Part shown: positions 48,041-56,951 of the stretch, one piece after another
Layout of the letters: the number at the start of each line of letters is the position of its first letter
Position numbering within the stretch: the stretch's first letter is position 1
Notes under the pieces: generated by a model
What the model saw: only the letters and a program-made list of their open reading frames with translations
The model's database searches: none
What the model was told of the DNA's origin: nothing
Source of the DNA: an uncultured bacterium
GTDB taxonomy: Bacteria; Deinococcota; Deinococci; Deinococcales; Trueperaceae
NCBI GenBank assembly: GCA_964630175.1
Contig: CAZVTS010000001.1
Coordinates: 8,009 to 72,008 of the forward strand
Direction: 5' to 3'
Length of the DNA stretch: 64,000 nucleotides
Position numbers and translations under genes: made by a program

Positions 48041-51000
48041 ATGGCTAACTCGTCTTCCCCCCTTCCAGATCCCGCCGCAGGGTTCGATCCGCACGCCATA
48101 ACGATCGCCAAGCGGCAGTATTTCCAGGAGGGCGACCACTCGCTGGAGCACATGTTCCGCCGGGTTGCCAACTGGGTCGCCCAGCCTGAAGGCGAAGGGG
48201 CGCGAGACGAAGCGGCCGAGCGGTTCTACCAGCTCATGATCAGCAAGCGCTTCTGCCCCGGCGGTCGGGTGCTCGCCGGCGCGGACACCCTGCACGGCAA
48301 CGTACTGAACTGCTTCGTGCAGGACGGCGGGCCCGAGGTGGCCGGCACCAGCGAGTGGGTGCTCCACCTCGCCACCAAGCTGGCCCTCGTTACGAAGGTG
48401 GGCGGCGGCAACGGCGTGAACTTAGACCCGCTCGGGCCCAAGCGCCGCTTCAGTGGTCACGTGGGGCGCCTCTATCTCACCATCGACCCCAGGCACGCCG
48501 ACTACGAGAAGGTGCGCACCGGCACCTTCCTCGACCTGGTGCGTGGCGAGTACGTCACTAGGGGTTACCGCTCTGCCACCTTCGTGGAGCGCGGCACCAG
48601 CAACGTCGTGCGCGTGCGCACGGTGGGCGATTCCGTGGACGACATCTGGGGCGCGGCCGCCGACATGGTGAAGGGCCTTCTGGACGGCCAGGACGTGCTC
48701 GTGGACCTCTCCGACCTGCGCCCCGAGGGCACCCCCGTGGCGGGCTCTGGCGGTACCTCCAGCGGACCCTCCTCGTTCGCGGTGGAAGTGTTCGACAACT
48801 TTGCCATATGGGCTGGGCTCGGTGGGGCGGGGTTCGCGGGGCCGGTAGCCACGCTCCGGTACGTGTTCTCGCCAACGCTGAGGGCGATCAGACAGGGCGG
48901 AACGAGGCGCGGTGCCGGGATGGCCACTCTGCGCATAACTCACCCGGACATCAAGGACTTCGTGACGGCCAAGGACCTGGAGCGCGAGCAAACCGAGGGC
49001 GACATAAGCACCTTCAACATCTCCGTTCTCGTGACGGACGAGTTCATGGAGCGCTCCAAGAACGAGCGCCAAGGGCAGCTCTACGAGATCGCGCAGCACG
49101 CTTGGGCCACCGGCGAGCCGGGCCTCATCTACATCGACCGCATCAACGAGTTCAACCCCATGCGAGCAGAGCTGGGCGACATCCTCAGCACCAACCCGTG
49201 CGTCACTGCGGATACCTGGGTCCACACTCAGCACGGGGCGAAACAGGTTCACCAGTTGGTGGGGAAAGAGTTCTGCGCTTACGCCGACGGTGTGGCCTAT
49301 CCGACCCGTTCGAACGGGTTCTTCTCTACCGGTGTCAAGCCAGTGTTCGAACTTACGACCACGAAGGGTTTCAAGCTTAGCCTCACGGATAACCACAAGC
49401 TCAAGAGGGTAGTGAGCAAGAGTCGCGCGGCCATAGAAACGGAATGGGTCGAGTTGAAGGATCTCGTGCCTGGCGACGAGCTCGTGATTTCCAACCACCG
49501 AGGTGTCAAGGCGTGGGGCGGGCTAGGCACCCGGGATGAGGGGTGGCTCCTCGGCATGCTTGTTGGCGACGGAACCTTCGCAACAGATAAGCCTGGCATC
49601 GCTCACTTGGACCTTTGGGGCGAGGAGCGCGGCGCCCTAGCTGATGTGGCGGCGAAGCGCATGCAGGGGTTGCGGGCGCCACTTCCGGGTAGCACCAAGA
49701 GTGAACGAGAGGACCGGATCCGCCTTAGCTCACGGGCCCTGGGAAGCCTGGCGCAGCGCTTCGGCGTCGTACATCGTGTCAAGACCGTTACGGACGAGAT
49801 CGAAGGCGCCAGCTACGAGTTCGTTGTTGGGTTCCTCCGTGGCCTGTTCGATGCTGACGGGTCCGTACAAGGTAGCCAGGCGAAGGGTGTGTCCGTTCGG
49901 TTGGCGCAATCCGACTTGAACACCCTTGAGCGAGTTCAGCGCATGCTGGCCAGGATCGGTGTGATCTCCACGGTTTACGAGCAGCGTCGTCCGGAAGGCA
50001 CATCGAGGCTGCCTGATGGCAAGGGAGGCATGGCCGATTTCGCGGTGAAAGCGCAGCACGAACTGGTGATCGCCCTGGACAACTTGCAGGTGTTCAGCGA
50101 ACTCGTTGGGTTCGAGGTCAAGAGTAAGCAAGACCGCTTGGCCGAAAGCCTGGCTGCGTACGTTCGTACGCCGAACAGGGAGCGTTTCGTGGACACTATT
50201 CGCTCCATCGAGGCGACTGGCCAGGAAGAGGTGTTCGACGTTACCGTGGATCACGTCCACGCGTTCGATGCCAACGGCATAGTGGCGCACAACTGCGGCG
50301 AGATCCCCCTCTACCCAGGCGAACCGTGCGACCTGGGCGCACTCAACCTGGCGGCCTACGTGAAGGAACGCGGTCGCGGCCTCTCCGGCTATGATTTCGA
50401 CGGCTTCGCGGCCGACGTGGCCACCAGCGTGCGCTTCCTGGACAACGTGCTGGACGTCAACAAGTTCGCCCTCGAAGACAACCGCGACATGAGCATGAAG
50501 CTCAGGCGCCTGGGCCTCGGGGTCATGGGTCTGGCCGACGCGCTCATCCTCATGGGTTACGGCTACGACTCGGAAGAGGGCCGCGACGCCGTGGAGGCCA
50601 TGATCGGCGCGCTGCGCAACGCCGCCGAGCAGGCCTCGCGCGACCTTGCCAAGGAGCGGGGCGCGTTCCCGCTGTTCGCGCAGAGCGACCTCGAGACCCC
50701 GCGCCGTAACGTGGCGGTGCTCACCGTGGCCCCCACCGGCACCACCAGCATGCTCATGGGCGTTTCGTCGGGCGTGGAGCCCGTGTTCGCACCCTTCATC
50801 TACCGCAAGATCGGCACCGATTACCACGCTCTCATCCATCCGCTCTTCCAGCAGCTCCTCGAGGAGCACCAGCCGCACGCGGAGTTCTACAAGGACGGCG
50901 GTTGGGACTGGGAGAAGGTAGTGGGCGAGGTGCAGGCCAACCACGGCTCCGTGCAGGGCCTGGCCTTCATCCCGCAGGACGTGCAGCGCGTGCTGCGCTG

Positions 51001-51892
51001 CGCCCACGACATCGCCCCCGCCGACCACGTCAAGATGCAGGGCGCCGTGCAGCGCGCCTTCGACGGCGGAGAGCGCCTGGCCAACTCCATCTCCAAGACC
51101 ATCAACCTGCCCAACCAGGCGAGTGTGGACGACGTTTTCGAGTCCTACTCCCTGGCGTTCAGCACGGGCTGCAAGGGCATCACCGTGTACCGCGACGGCT
51201 CGCGCGACTTCCAGGTGCTCTCCACCAGCGCCAAGAAGAGCGAGAAGAAGGCCGAGCCGGCCGTGGCGCCTGCCGCCGCGGCGAGCGGCAGCGTCGCCCC
51301 TAGCACCGCCAGCGCAGCCCCCGCGCCTGTGGCCCCGCCCATGCCGGCCGAAGCGCCGCGCCAGAGCGGCATGATCGCGGTGGCCACCACCGCCCAGGCC
51401 GCCACGGCGCAGACCAACGGCCGCAACGAGTACCTGCCCGGGGAACCGCTCTTCGAGCGTCCCATCCGCCTCTCGGGCTTCACCGACAGCGTGAAGCTCA
51501 TGCTGCCAACGGGCGAGAAGCGCGGCTTCTTCGTTACCGTGAACAAGCAGGACGAACTGCCCACCGAGGTGTTCATCGTCTCCGGCAAGGCCGGCGACGA
51601 AGCCAACGCCGACAGCGAAGCGCTCGGCCGCGTGGTCTCCATCGCGCTCCAGTACGGCGTGCCCGCCGAGGCGCTCATCAAGACCCTGCGTGGCATCAAC
51701 GGCGGCATGTACGGCACGTACCACGGCCGCCTGGTGGCCTCCAAGGCCGACCTGCTGGCCGTGGCGCTGGAGACGGCTGGCGCCGAGAACGTGCTCAACA
51801 AGGGCCGCGGTTGCCCCGACTGCGGCGCCCCGCTCCGCTTCGAGGAGGGCTGCGAGAAGTGCGAGAGCTGCGGCTACTCCAAGTGCGGCTGA
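48041..51892 (+). CDS. nrdJ: Class II (adenosylcobalamin-dependent) ribonucleotide reductase, interrupted by an intein
   Basis: Shows the N-terminal RNR class II pattern, the active-site STNP/CGEIPLYPGEPC motif split by 365 aa, and a C-terminal Cys-rich tail CPDCGAPLRFEEGCEKCESCGYSKC. GAGGAGAG Shine-Dalgarno upstream. Confidence 0.93.
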   Translation: MANSSSPLPDPAAGFDPHAITIAKRQYFQEGDHSLEHMFRRVANWVAQPEGEGARDEAAERFYQLMISKRFCPGGRVLAGADTLHGNVLNCFVQDGGPEVAGTSEWVLHLATKLALVTKVGGGNGVNLDPLGPKRRFSGHVGRLYLTIDPRHADYEKVRTGTFLDLVRGEYVTRGYRSATFVERGTSNVVRVRTVGDSVDDIWGAAADMVKGLLDGQDVLVDLSDLRPEGTPVAGSGGTSSGPSSFAVEVFDNFAIWAGLGGAGFAGPVATLRYVFSPTLRAIRQGGTRRGAGMATLRITHPDIKDFVTAKDLEREQTEGDISTFNISVLVTDEFMERSKNERQGQLYEIAQHAWATGEPGLIYIDRINEFNPMRAELGDILSTNPCVTADTWVHTQHGAKQVHQLVGKEFCAYADGVAYPTRSNGFFSTGVKPVFELTTTKGFKLSLTDNHKLKRVVSKSRAAIETEWVELKDLVPGDELVISNHRGVKAWGGLGTRDEGWLLGMLVGDGTFATDKPGIAHLDLWGEERGALADVAAKRMQGLRAPLPGSTKSEREDRIRLSSRALGSLAQRFGVVHRVKTVTDEIEGASYEFVVGFLRGLFDADGSVQGSQAKGVSVRLAQSDLNTLERVQRMLARIGVISTVYEQRRPEGTSRLPDGKGGMADFAVKAQHELVIALDNLQVFSELVGFEVKSKQDRLAESLAAYVRTPNRERFVDTIRSIEATGQEEVFDVTVDHVHAFDANGIVAHNCGEIPLYPGEPCDLGALNLAAYVKERGRGLSGYDFDGFAADVATSVRFLDNVLDVNKFALEDNRDMSMKLRRLGLGVMGLADALILMGYGYDSEEGRDAVEAMIGALRNAAEQASRDLAKERGAFPLFAQSDLETPRRNVAVLTVAPTGTTSMLMGVSSGVEPVFAPFIYRKIGTDYHALIHPLFQQLLEEHQPHAEFYKDGGWDWEKVVGEVQANHGSVQGLAFIPQDVQRVLRCAHDIAPADHVKMQGAVQRAFDGGERLANSISKTINLPNQASVDDVFESYSLAFSTGCKGITVYRDGSRDFQVLSTSAKKSEKKAEPAVAPAAAASGSVAPSTASAAPAPVAPPMPAEAPRQSGMIAVATTAQAATAQTNGRNEYLPGEPLFERPIRLSGFTDSVKLMLPTGEKRGFFVTVNKQDELPTEVFIVSGKAGDEANADSEALGRVVSIALQYGVPAEALIKTLRGINGGMYGTYHGRLVASKADLLAVALETAGAENVLNKGRGCPDCGAPLRFEEGCEKCESCGYSKCG
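49199..50293 (+). mobile_element. Intein (365 aa) with a LAGLIDADG homing-endonuclease domain
   Basis: Begins CVTADTW (block A). Block B is SLTDNH. Two LAGLIDADG motifs (LLGMLVGDGTF, FLRGLFDADGSV). Ends IVAHN followed by the +1 Cys (CGEIPL). GC3 is visibly lower than in the flanking extein. Confidence 0.88.
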
Positions 51893-51927
51893 GCAGCGCC
51901 ACTCCGCAACCCAGGGGCGCTTGAACC

Positions 51928-52344
51928 GTGCAGATCCGGCCCTTCGAGGCCACTGACACCGAGGACGTGGTCGCGCTCTGGGAGGAGTGCGGCCTCGTCC
52001 GCCCCTGGAACGACCCGCGTAAGGACATAGCGCGCAAGCTGAAGGTGCAACCCGAACTCTTCCTGGTTGCCTCGGGCGCCGGGCGCGTGGTTGGAAGCGT
52101 CATGGCTGGCTACGACGGCCACAGGGGCTGGGTGTACTACCTGGCGGTCTCGCCGTCACACCGCAAGCTGTCGTTGGGGCGCCAACTGATGCAGGCGGTC
52201 GAGCGCCTGCTCACGGAGATGGGCTGCCCGAAGCTCAACCTGATGGTGAGGACCTCCAACGCGGAAGTGCTGGAGTTCTACCGCAGTCTCGACTACGGGC
52301 AGGACGACGTGGTGACCCTGAGCAGGAGGCTCATCACCGATTAG
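51928..52344 (+). CDS. GNAT family N-acetyltransferase (YpeA-like)
   Basis: 138 aa. Acetyl-CoA motif region is YYLAVSPSHRKLSLGRQLMQAVE. GTG start. Confidence 0.85.
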   Translation: MQIRPFEATDTEDVVALWEECGLVRPWNDPRKDIARKLKVQPELFLVASGAGRVVGSVMAGYDGHRGWVYYLAVSPSHRKLSLGRQLMQAVERLLTEMGCPKLNLMVRTSNAEVLEFYRSLDYGQDDVVTLSRRLITD

Positions 52345-52409
52345 CAGGATCCGGGGGCGTTCTGTGAGGTGCACTCTGGGCGGGTGCGTGCGCGGCAGTA
52401 ATCTTAAGC

Positions 52410-52748
52410 ATGCTCAAGATCAAGCGGGCTTACGAGAAGTGGACCAAGGAAGACGGCACGCGCGTGCTGGTGGACCGCATATGGCCGCGCGGCGTGACGA
52501 AGGAAGAGGCACACGTCGAGTGGTGGGCCAAGGAGCTGGCCCCCAGCAACGAACTGCGCAAGTGGTTCGGGCACGACCCCGCGAAGTACGGCGAGTTCGC
52601 CAAGCGTTACCGCGCTGAACTCAAGGGCAACGAGCTGCTCCCGAAGCTGAAGGCCCTCATAGAAGAGGGCGACGTGACCCTCGTGTACAGCGCCAAGGAC
52701 GAGGAGCACAACCAGGCGCGCGTGCTCCTGGACCTCCTCAGCAGCTAA
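52410..52748 (+). CDS. DUF488 (YeaO-like) family protein
   Basis: Reads MLKIKRAYE...VLVDRIWPRGVTKE...WAKELAPSNELRKWFGHDP..F..F...Y..EL, the characteristic DUF488 pattern. Confidence 0.8.
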   Translation: MLKIKRAYEKWTKEDGTRVLVDRIWPRGVTKEEAHVEWWAKELAPSNELRKWFGHDPAKYGEFAKRYRAELKGNELLPKLKALIEEGDVTLVYSAKDEEHNQARVLLDLLSS

Positions 52749-53083
52749 CGGTCGTCGCCGCTACCGCCCAGCACGCCGCGCTCCTGCCGGCTGGCCAGCT
52801 TGGCCAGGTTCATGGCGCCGACCTCCTCGAGCGAGAGCCCCAAGTCGGTGGCCAGGTTGGCCACGTACCAGAGCACGTCGCCCAGTTCCTTCGCCAGCGC
52901 CGCCGTCTGCGCTTCGCTGAGCTCCGCCCCTACCACGTAACCCTCATCGCGCATCAGTTTGCCCAGCTTCTCCGTTACTTCTCCGGCCTCACCGGCCAGC
53001 TTCAGAGCGGGGTAGATGACGCGGGCTGCCGCGGGGTAGAGTGCGGTGGTGCGGGCGTTCGCCTGGTACTCGTTCAAGGTCAT
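52745..53083 (-). CDS. MazG-like nucleotide pyrophosphohydrolase
   Basis: Motifs LKLAGEAGEVTEKLGK and ELGDVLWYVANLA (EExxE/D-type). ATG at 53083. Confidence 0.8.
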   Translation of the reverse strand: MTLNEYQANARTTALYPAAARVIYPALKLAGEAGEVTEKLGKLMRDEGYVVGAELSEAQTAALAKELGDVLWYVANLATDLGLSLEEVGAMNLAKLASRQERGVLGGSGDDR

Positions 53084-53253
53084 GCCGCGATGGTAACGGA
53101 CGGCCGCCATGGCGCGCACGCCCTACACCGTACGTACATGAACGCTTCAGCGCCCCTTGGCACTTGCCTGTCATCCTCTCCCTACAGGCCCCGTGGCCAG
53201 TCGAGCCCCGGGCCGCCCAACAGTCCGCACATGCGGACGCGGAGGCGAGAGGG

Positions 53254-54078
53254 ATGCGAGTCTTGGAACGACCTAAGACTGAATACACGCAGGTGACGGA
53301 GGGTCCGAGGCTGCCAGTCGACCGCTACGCCGCCGTGGGCCTGGAAGACCTGGGCAGCGCGAGCCTAATGCGCAGGCAGGACACGAAGTACGTCTTCGGC
53401 ACCGACCTGCTGGGCGACTTGCTGCGCGGCCTCGAGGAGGAGTACGCGGTGCTGGAGGTGGACGGGCGCCGGCAGCACGGTTACCTCACTCTCTACTTCG
53501 ACACACCGGAGCTGGATCTGTTCCAGTCGCACCACCGGGGCATGGGTCGCCGAGTGAAGGTGCGCGAGCGGCAGTACCAGACCACCGGCCAGCTCTTCCT
53601 CGAGGTGAAGCAGCGCAGCAACAAGGGGGTGACCTCCAAGGCGCGTACGGAGGCGCCGGACTGGCTCCACGTTCTGGAGCCGGCCAGCATGCCGAGCGAT
53701 CTACTTGACCTGGCCGGGTCCGGCGGGAGTGAGGCGGCTAGGCTCGTGCCGGCGCTCTGGAACTCCTACGAGCGCATCACCCTCGTGAGGCGCGGGCAAC
53801 TCGAGCGCGTGACCATAGACACCGGCCTCACGTACACCACCTCCGGTAGGCGGCAGCACAGCGCGGACGGTGTGGCCATAGTCGAGGTGAAGCAGCCCCG
53901 CATAGACCGCAACTCGCCGTTCATGCAACGCCTACGTGAGCTGGGCGTGCGGCCCTCGGGGTTCAGCAAGTACTGCATCGGAATGAGCCTGCTGCGGCCC
54001 GAGGTGCGGCATAACCGCTTCCGGCCCAAGCTGCGCGCTCTGAAGGGGCTGATGGAGGGGGCGCAGGTCCATGCCTGA
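53254..54078 (+). CDS. VTC-domain (polyphosphate-polymerase-like, triphosphate-tunnel fold) protein
   Basis: Motifs RRQDTKYVF, YLTLYFDTPELDLF, RRVKVRERQY and LFLEVKQRS follow the VTC/CYTH-like tunnel pattern. Start placed at ATG 53254. Confidence 0.8.
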   Translation: MRVLERPKTEYTQVTEGPRLPVDRYAAVGLEDLGSASLMRRQDTKYVFGTDLLGDLLRGLEEEYAVLEVDGRRQHGYLTLYFDTPELDLFQSHHRGMGRRVKVRERQYQTTGQLFLEVKQRSNKGVTSKARTEAPDWLHVLEPASMPSDLLDLAGSGGSEAARLVPALWNSYERITLVRRGQLERVTIDTGLTYTTSGRRQHSADGVAIVEVKQPRIDRNSPFMQRLRELGVRPSGFSKYCIGMSLLRPEVRHNRFRPKLRALKGLMEGAQVHA

Positions 54079-54174
54079 CGTTTACTCGTTCCTGACGGGG
54101 GCGGTGTTCAACCTCTCCTCGGCCCTCATCCTCGTGCCGTCATCTATTACCGCCGCAGCCCCCGCCGCGAGTTC

Positions 54175-54693
54175 GTGTTCTCGTACCTTGCCTTCAACGT
54201 GGTGGTGTACTCCGTCATGGCCCTCCTGGCCCGCAGCGAGCTAAGCATCGGCGTTGGCTTCGGTCTGTTCGCCATCTTCTCCGTGCTCAGGTACCGCACC
54301 GAAGCGACCTCGTTCCGGGAGATGACGTACCTGTTCGTGGTCATAGCCATGCCTGTCGTGAACGCCTTGCTCGTCCCGGCGGGCGACGTCGGGCTGGCCG
54401 TAGCCGCTAACGCACTGGTGCTGCTGGTGGTGTTCGTGGTGGAGCAGGGTTGGGGTTTCACTTTCATGGAACGCCAGCCGGTACGCTATGAGCGACTGGA
54501 CCTGATCGTGCCGGCGCGGCGCGCCGAGCTCATGGCGGACCTGCGGGAGCGTACCGGGCTCGAGGTGGAAAGCGTGGAGATCAGACGTATCGACCTGCTC
54601 ACGGACGTGGCCGACCTGGTGGTCGTCTACCGTGAGCAACCGCTGGCGCGGTGCCCCAAGGGGCGTGCACTGCCGAACGCGGCGCAGGATTAG
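54175..54693 (+). CDS. DUF4956 domain membrane protein (5' end apparently frameshifted, see findings)
   Basis: TM helices plus a conserved C-terminal region. The family-typical IYYRRSPRREFVFSYLAFN segment is in this frame but has no start codon upstream of GTG 54175. A coupled ATG at 54074 lies in another frame. Confidence 0.75.
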   Translation: MFSYLAFNVVVYSVMALLARSELSIGVGFGLFAIFSVLRYRTEATSFREMTYLFVVIAMPVVNALLVPAGDVGLAVAANALVLLVVFVVEQGWGFTFMERQPVRYERLDLIVPARRAELMADLRERTGLEVESVEIRRIDLLTDVADLVVVYREQPLARCPKGRALPNAAQD

Positions 54694-54703
54694 GAGACGG
54701 GCC

Positions 54704-55390
54704 GTGCAGACTGTCCTGGTGGTGGAAGACGACAGCGACATCGCGCAGATGGTGGAGCTCTACTTGCGAGACGCCGGCTACCACACCGAGCGCGCCGGCG
54801 ACGGAGTGCGGGCGCTGGAACTGTGGCGGGCTGCCGCGCCCGACCTGATACTGCTGGACATAGGCCTGCCCAAGCTGGACGGCCTCGAGGTGCTGAAGCG
54901 GGTGCGGGTAGACACCACGCGGCCGCAGGTGCCGGTGATACTGCTCACCGCCCGGGCGGAGGAGGTGGACGAGCTCATCGGGCTCGGCCTCGGCGCGGAC
55001 GACTACGTGACCAAGCCCTTCAGCCCCCGCACCCTGCTGGCGCGGGTCCAGGCCGTGCTTAGGCGCCACAACTCCGTTCCGGACGGCGCGGAGCAACTGC
55101 TGCGCGTGGGTGAGCTGGTGGTCGACGATTACCGCGTGCGGGTCACCTACCAGTCGCGCCCCGTGTCCCTCACGCTGAGCGAGTTCAAGATCCTCCGTCA
55201 CCTGGCAGCCACACCGGGCCGCGCCATAACCCGGAGCGAGCTCTTCGAGGAGGCCATGCCGGAGAGCGACGCGCTGGAGCGGGTGGTGGACGTGCACATG
55301 AAGAACTTGCGTCACAAGCTGGCCGAGCAGGGCGCCACCGACATGATCGAGACGGTGCGTGGCGTGGGCTACCGCCTGGTGGAGGGATAA
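54704..55390 (+). CDS. OmpR/PhoB-family response regulator
   Basis: REC domain (VLVVEDDSDIAQM, LILLDIGLPKLDG) and winged helix (LTLSEFKILRHLA, VRGVGYRLV). GTG start follows AGGAG. Confidence 0.9.
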   Translation: MQTVLVVEDDSDIAQMVELYLRDAGYHTERAGDGVRALELWRAAAPDLILLDIGLPKLDGLEVLKRVRVDTTRPQVPVILLTARAEEVDELIGLGLGADDYVTKPFSPRTLLARVQAVLRRHNSVPDGAEQLLRVGELVVDDYRVRVTYQSRPVSLTLSEFKILRHLAATPGRAITRSELFEEAMPESDALERVVDVHMKNLRHKLAEQGATDMIETVRGVGYRLVEG

Positions 55391-56635
55391 GTGCGGCGCC
55401 TTTCGGTTCAGCTGGCACTGGCGATGCTGGGCACCATGGTGCTGACGCTCCTGGTGTTGGCGGGCACCCAACGCTGGGCCGAGTGGCGCCGCTTCTACGA
55501 CCTGCCCGAGGAGGTGCGGGCGCGTGTGCCGCACCCGCGGCCGCTCCTACCCAGTGGCGTCTCCGACCTCATCTGGCCCCAACCACCTAAGGGTCCGCGC
55601 CCCGAAGCCGGCGAGTTCGGGTCCGGCTACCCGCCCGGCACGCAGGAAGCGCCCAGTTACAACGAGCAGTTGGCGCTGTCGTACCGAGCCTTCAACCGGT
55701 TCCAGAACGAGACGTTCCTGGTGGGGGTGGCGCTGGCAGCGGCCGTGTCCCTGGCGCTGGCGCTGTGGCTCTCCCGGCTGGTGGCGCGCCCCATCGAGAA
55801 GGTGTCCGCCGCGACCACCCTGTTGGCTCAGGGCGACCTCAGCGTGCGCGCGTCACTGCCCGTGCCGCGGGGGCTCACCAGCCTGGAGACCGAGAGGCTG
55901 ACGGAGAACTTCAACCGGATGGCCGCTTCGCTGGAGAGCTACGAGAGTGAGCGCAAGGCCATGATCGCCGACATCGCCCACGAGCTCCGCACGCCGCTCA
56001 CCGCCCTGTCGCTGCGTCTGCAGGCGCTCCAGGACGGCCTCGTACCGCTGGAACCGGACGAGGTGGCCAGCCTCAACCGCAACGCCGCCCTGCTCTCGAG
56101 GCTGGTGGAGGACCTGCGTGTGTTGTCGCTGGCGGACGCCGGCAGGCTCGCTCTGCGCTGCAGCCCCGTTGACCTGGTGACGCTGGTGGGCGGCGTGTTC
56201 GACGATTACCAGTCGCGCATGGCGGCGCAGCGGGTGGAGGGCGACCTGAAGGTGCCGGGCGGACAACTGCTGGCCTACGCGGACGCCGACAGGATCATGC
56301 AGGTGGTGGGCAACCTGCTCGACAACGCGCTCCGCGTCTTGCCCGAGGGCGGAAGCGTGACCGTGAAGCTGGAAAGGGCAGGCAAGAACGTCAGCTTACG
56401 CGTGAGGGACACGGGCCCGGGCCTCTCCGAGGAGGCGGCCGCACGCGCGTTCGACCGGTACTATCAGGACAAGGACCTCGACTACAGTTCGCCGCCCGTG
56501 GGAAGCAGTGGCCTCGGGCTGGCGATAGTGCAGACGCTGGTGGGTCTGCACGGTGGAACCGTGAGCGTGCGGAACGTGACGGAACCGACGGGCGCGGAGT
56601 TCACCGTGCTCCTGCCGGTGGATGGGCCTGCGTGA
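55391..56635 (+). CDS. Sensor histidine kinase (TM-HAMP-HisKA-HATPase)
   Basis: H-box IADIAHELRTPLTAL, N-box VVGNLLDNALR and G-box GSSGLGLAIV. Two TM segments and a HAMP region. Confidence 0.9.
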   Translation: MRRLSVQLALAMLGTMVLTLLVLAGTQRWAEWRRFYDLPEEVRARVPHPRPLLPSGVSDLIWPQPPKGPRPEAGEFGSGYPPGTQEAPSYNEQLALSYRAFNRFQNETFLVGVALAAAVSLALALWLSRLVARPIEKVSAATTLLAQGDLSVRASLPVPRGLTSLETERLTENFNRMAASLESYESERKAMIADIAHELRTPLTALSLRLQALQDGLVPLEPDEVASLNRNAALLSRLVEDLRVLSLADAGRLALRCSPVDLVTLVGGVFDDYQSRMAAQRVEGDLKVPGGQLLAYADADRIMQVVGNLLDNALRVLPEGGSVTVKLERAGKNVSLRVRDTGPGLSEEAAARAFDRYYQDKDLDYSSPPVGSSGLGLAIVQTLVGLHGGTVSVRNVTEPTGAEFTVLLPVDGPA

Positions 56636-56744
56636 GCGCCGCTGACGGCGGGAAGGTTCGCACCGTTGTTGCCTTAGCGCGCGCGCCCCTGATAAACTAC
56701 GCTTCGCCTCCGGAACCGCCTGCGTGCGGGGCCGGGGTCACCGT

Positions 56745-56819
56745 TCGGCGGTAGCTCAGTGGCAGAGCGATCGGCTGTTAACCGGTTGGTCGTAGGTTCG
56801 AATCCTACCCGCCGAGCCA
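56745..56819 (+). tRNA. tRNA-Asn (anticodon GUU), CCA encoded
   Basis: Reads UCGGCGGUAGCUCAGUGGCAGAGCGAUCGGCUGUUAACCGGUUGGUCGUAGGUUCGAAUCCUACCCGCCGAGCCA. Folds as a cloverleaf with anticodon loop CUGUUAA. Confidence 0.95.
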
Positions 56820-56830
56820 ACGGTACTAAC

Positions 56831-56898
56831 CCCGTCCTAGACGGGATTCTTGAGCGAGCGGACCACCTTCCCGGGCGGCCGCTCGCTCGCTTTGTGTG
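56831..56898 (+). terminator. Two tandem terminator hairpins after tRNA-Asn
   Basis: First hairpin is CCCGTC-CTA-GACGGG followed by ATTCTT. Second is GAGCGAGCGG, a 17-nt loop, CCGCTCGCTC, followed by GCTTTGTGTG. Confidence 0.65.
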
Positions 56899-56951
56899 CG
56901 CATAGTGTGCGGCCGGTCGCTACTGGCCGCGCCGCTGCCATTTACTCAGGA

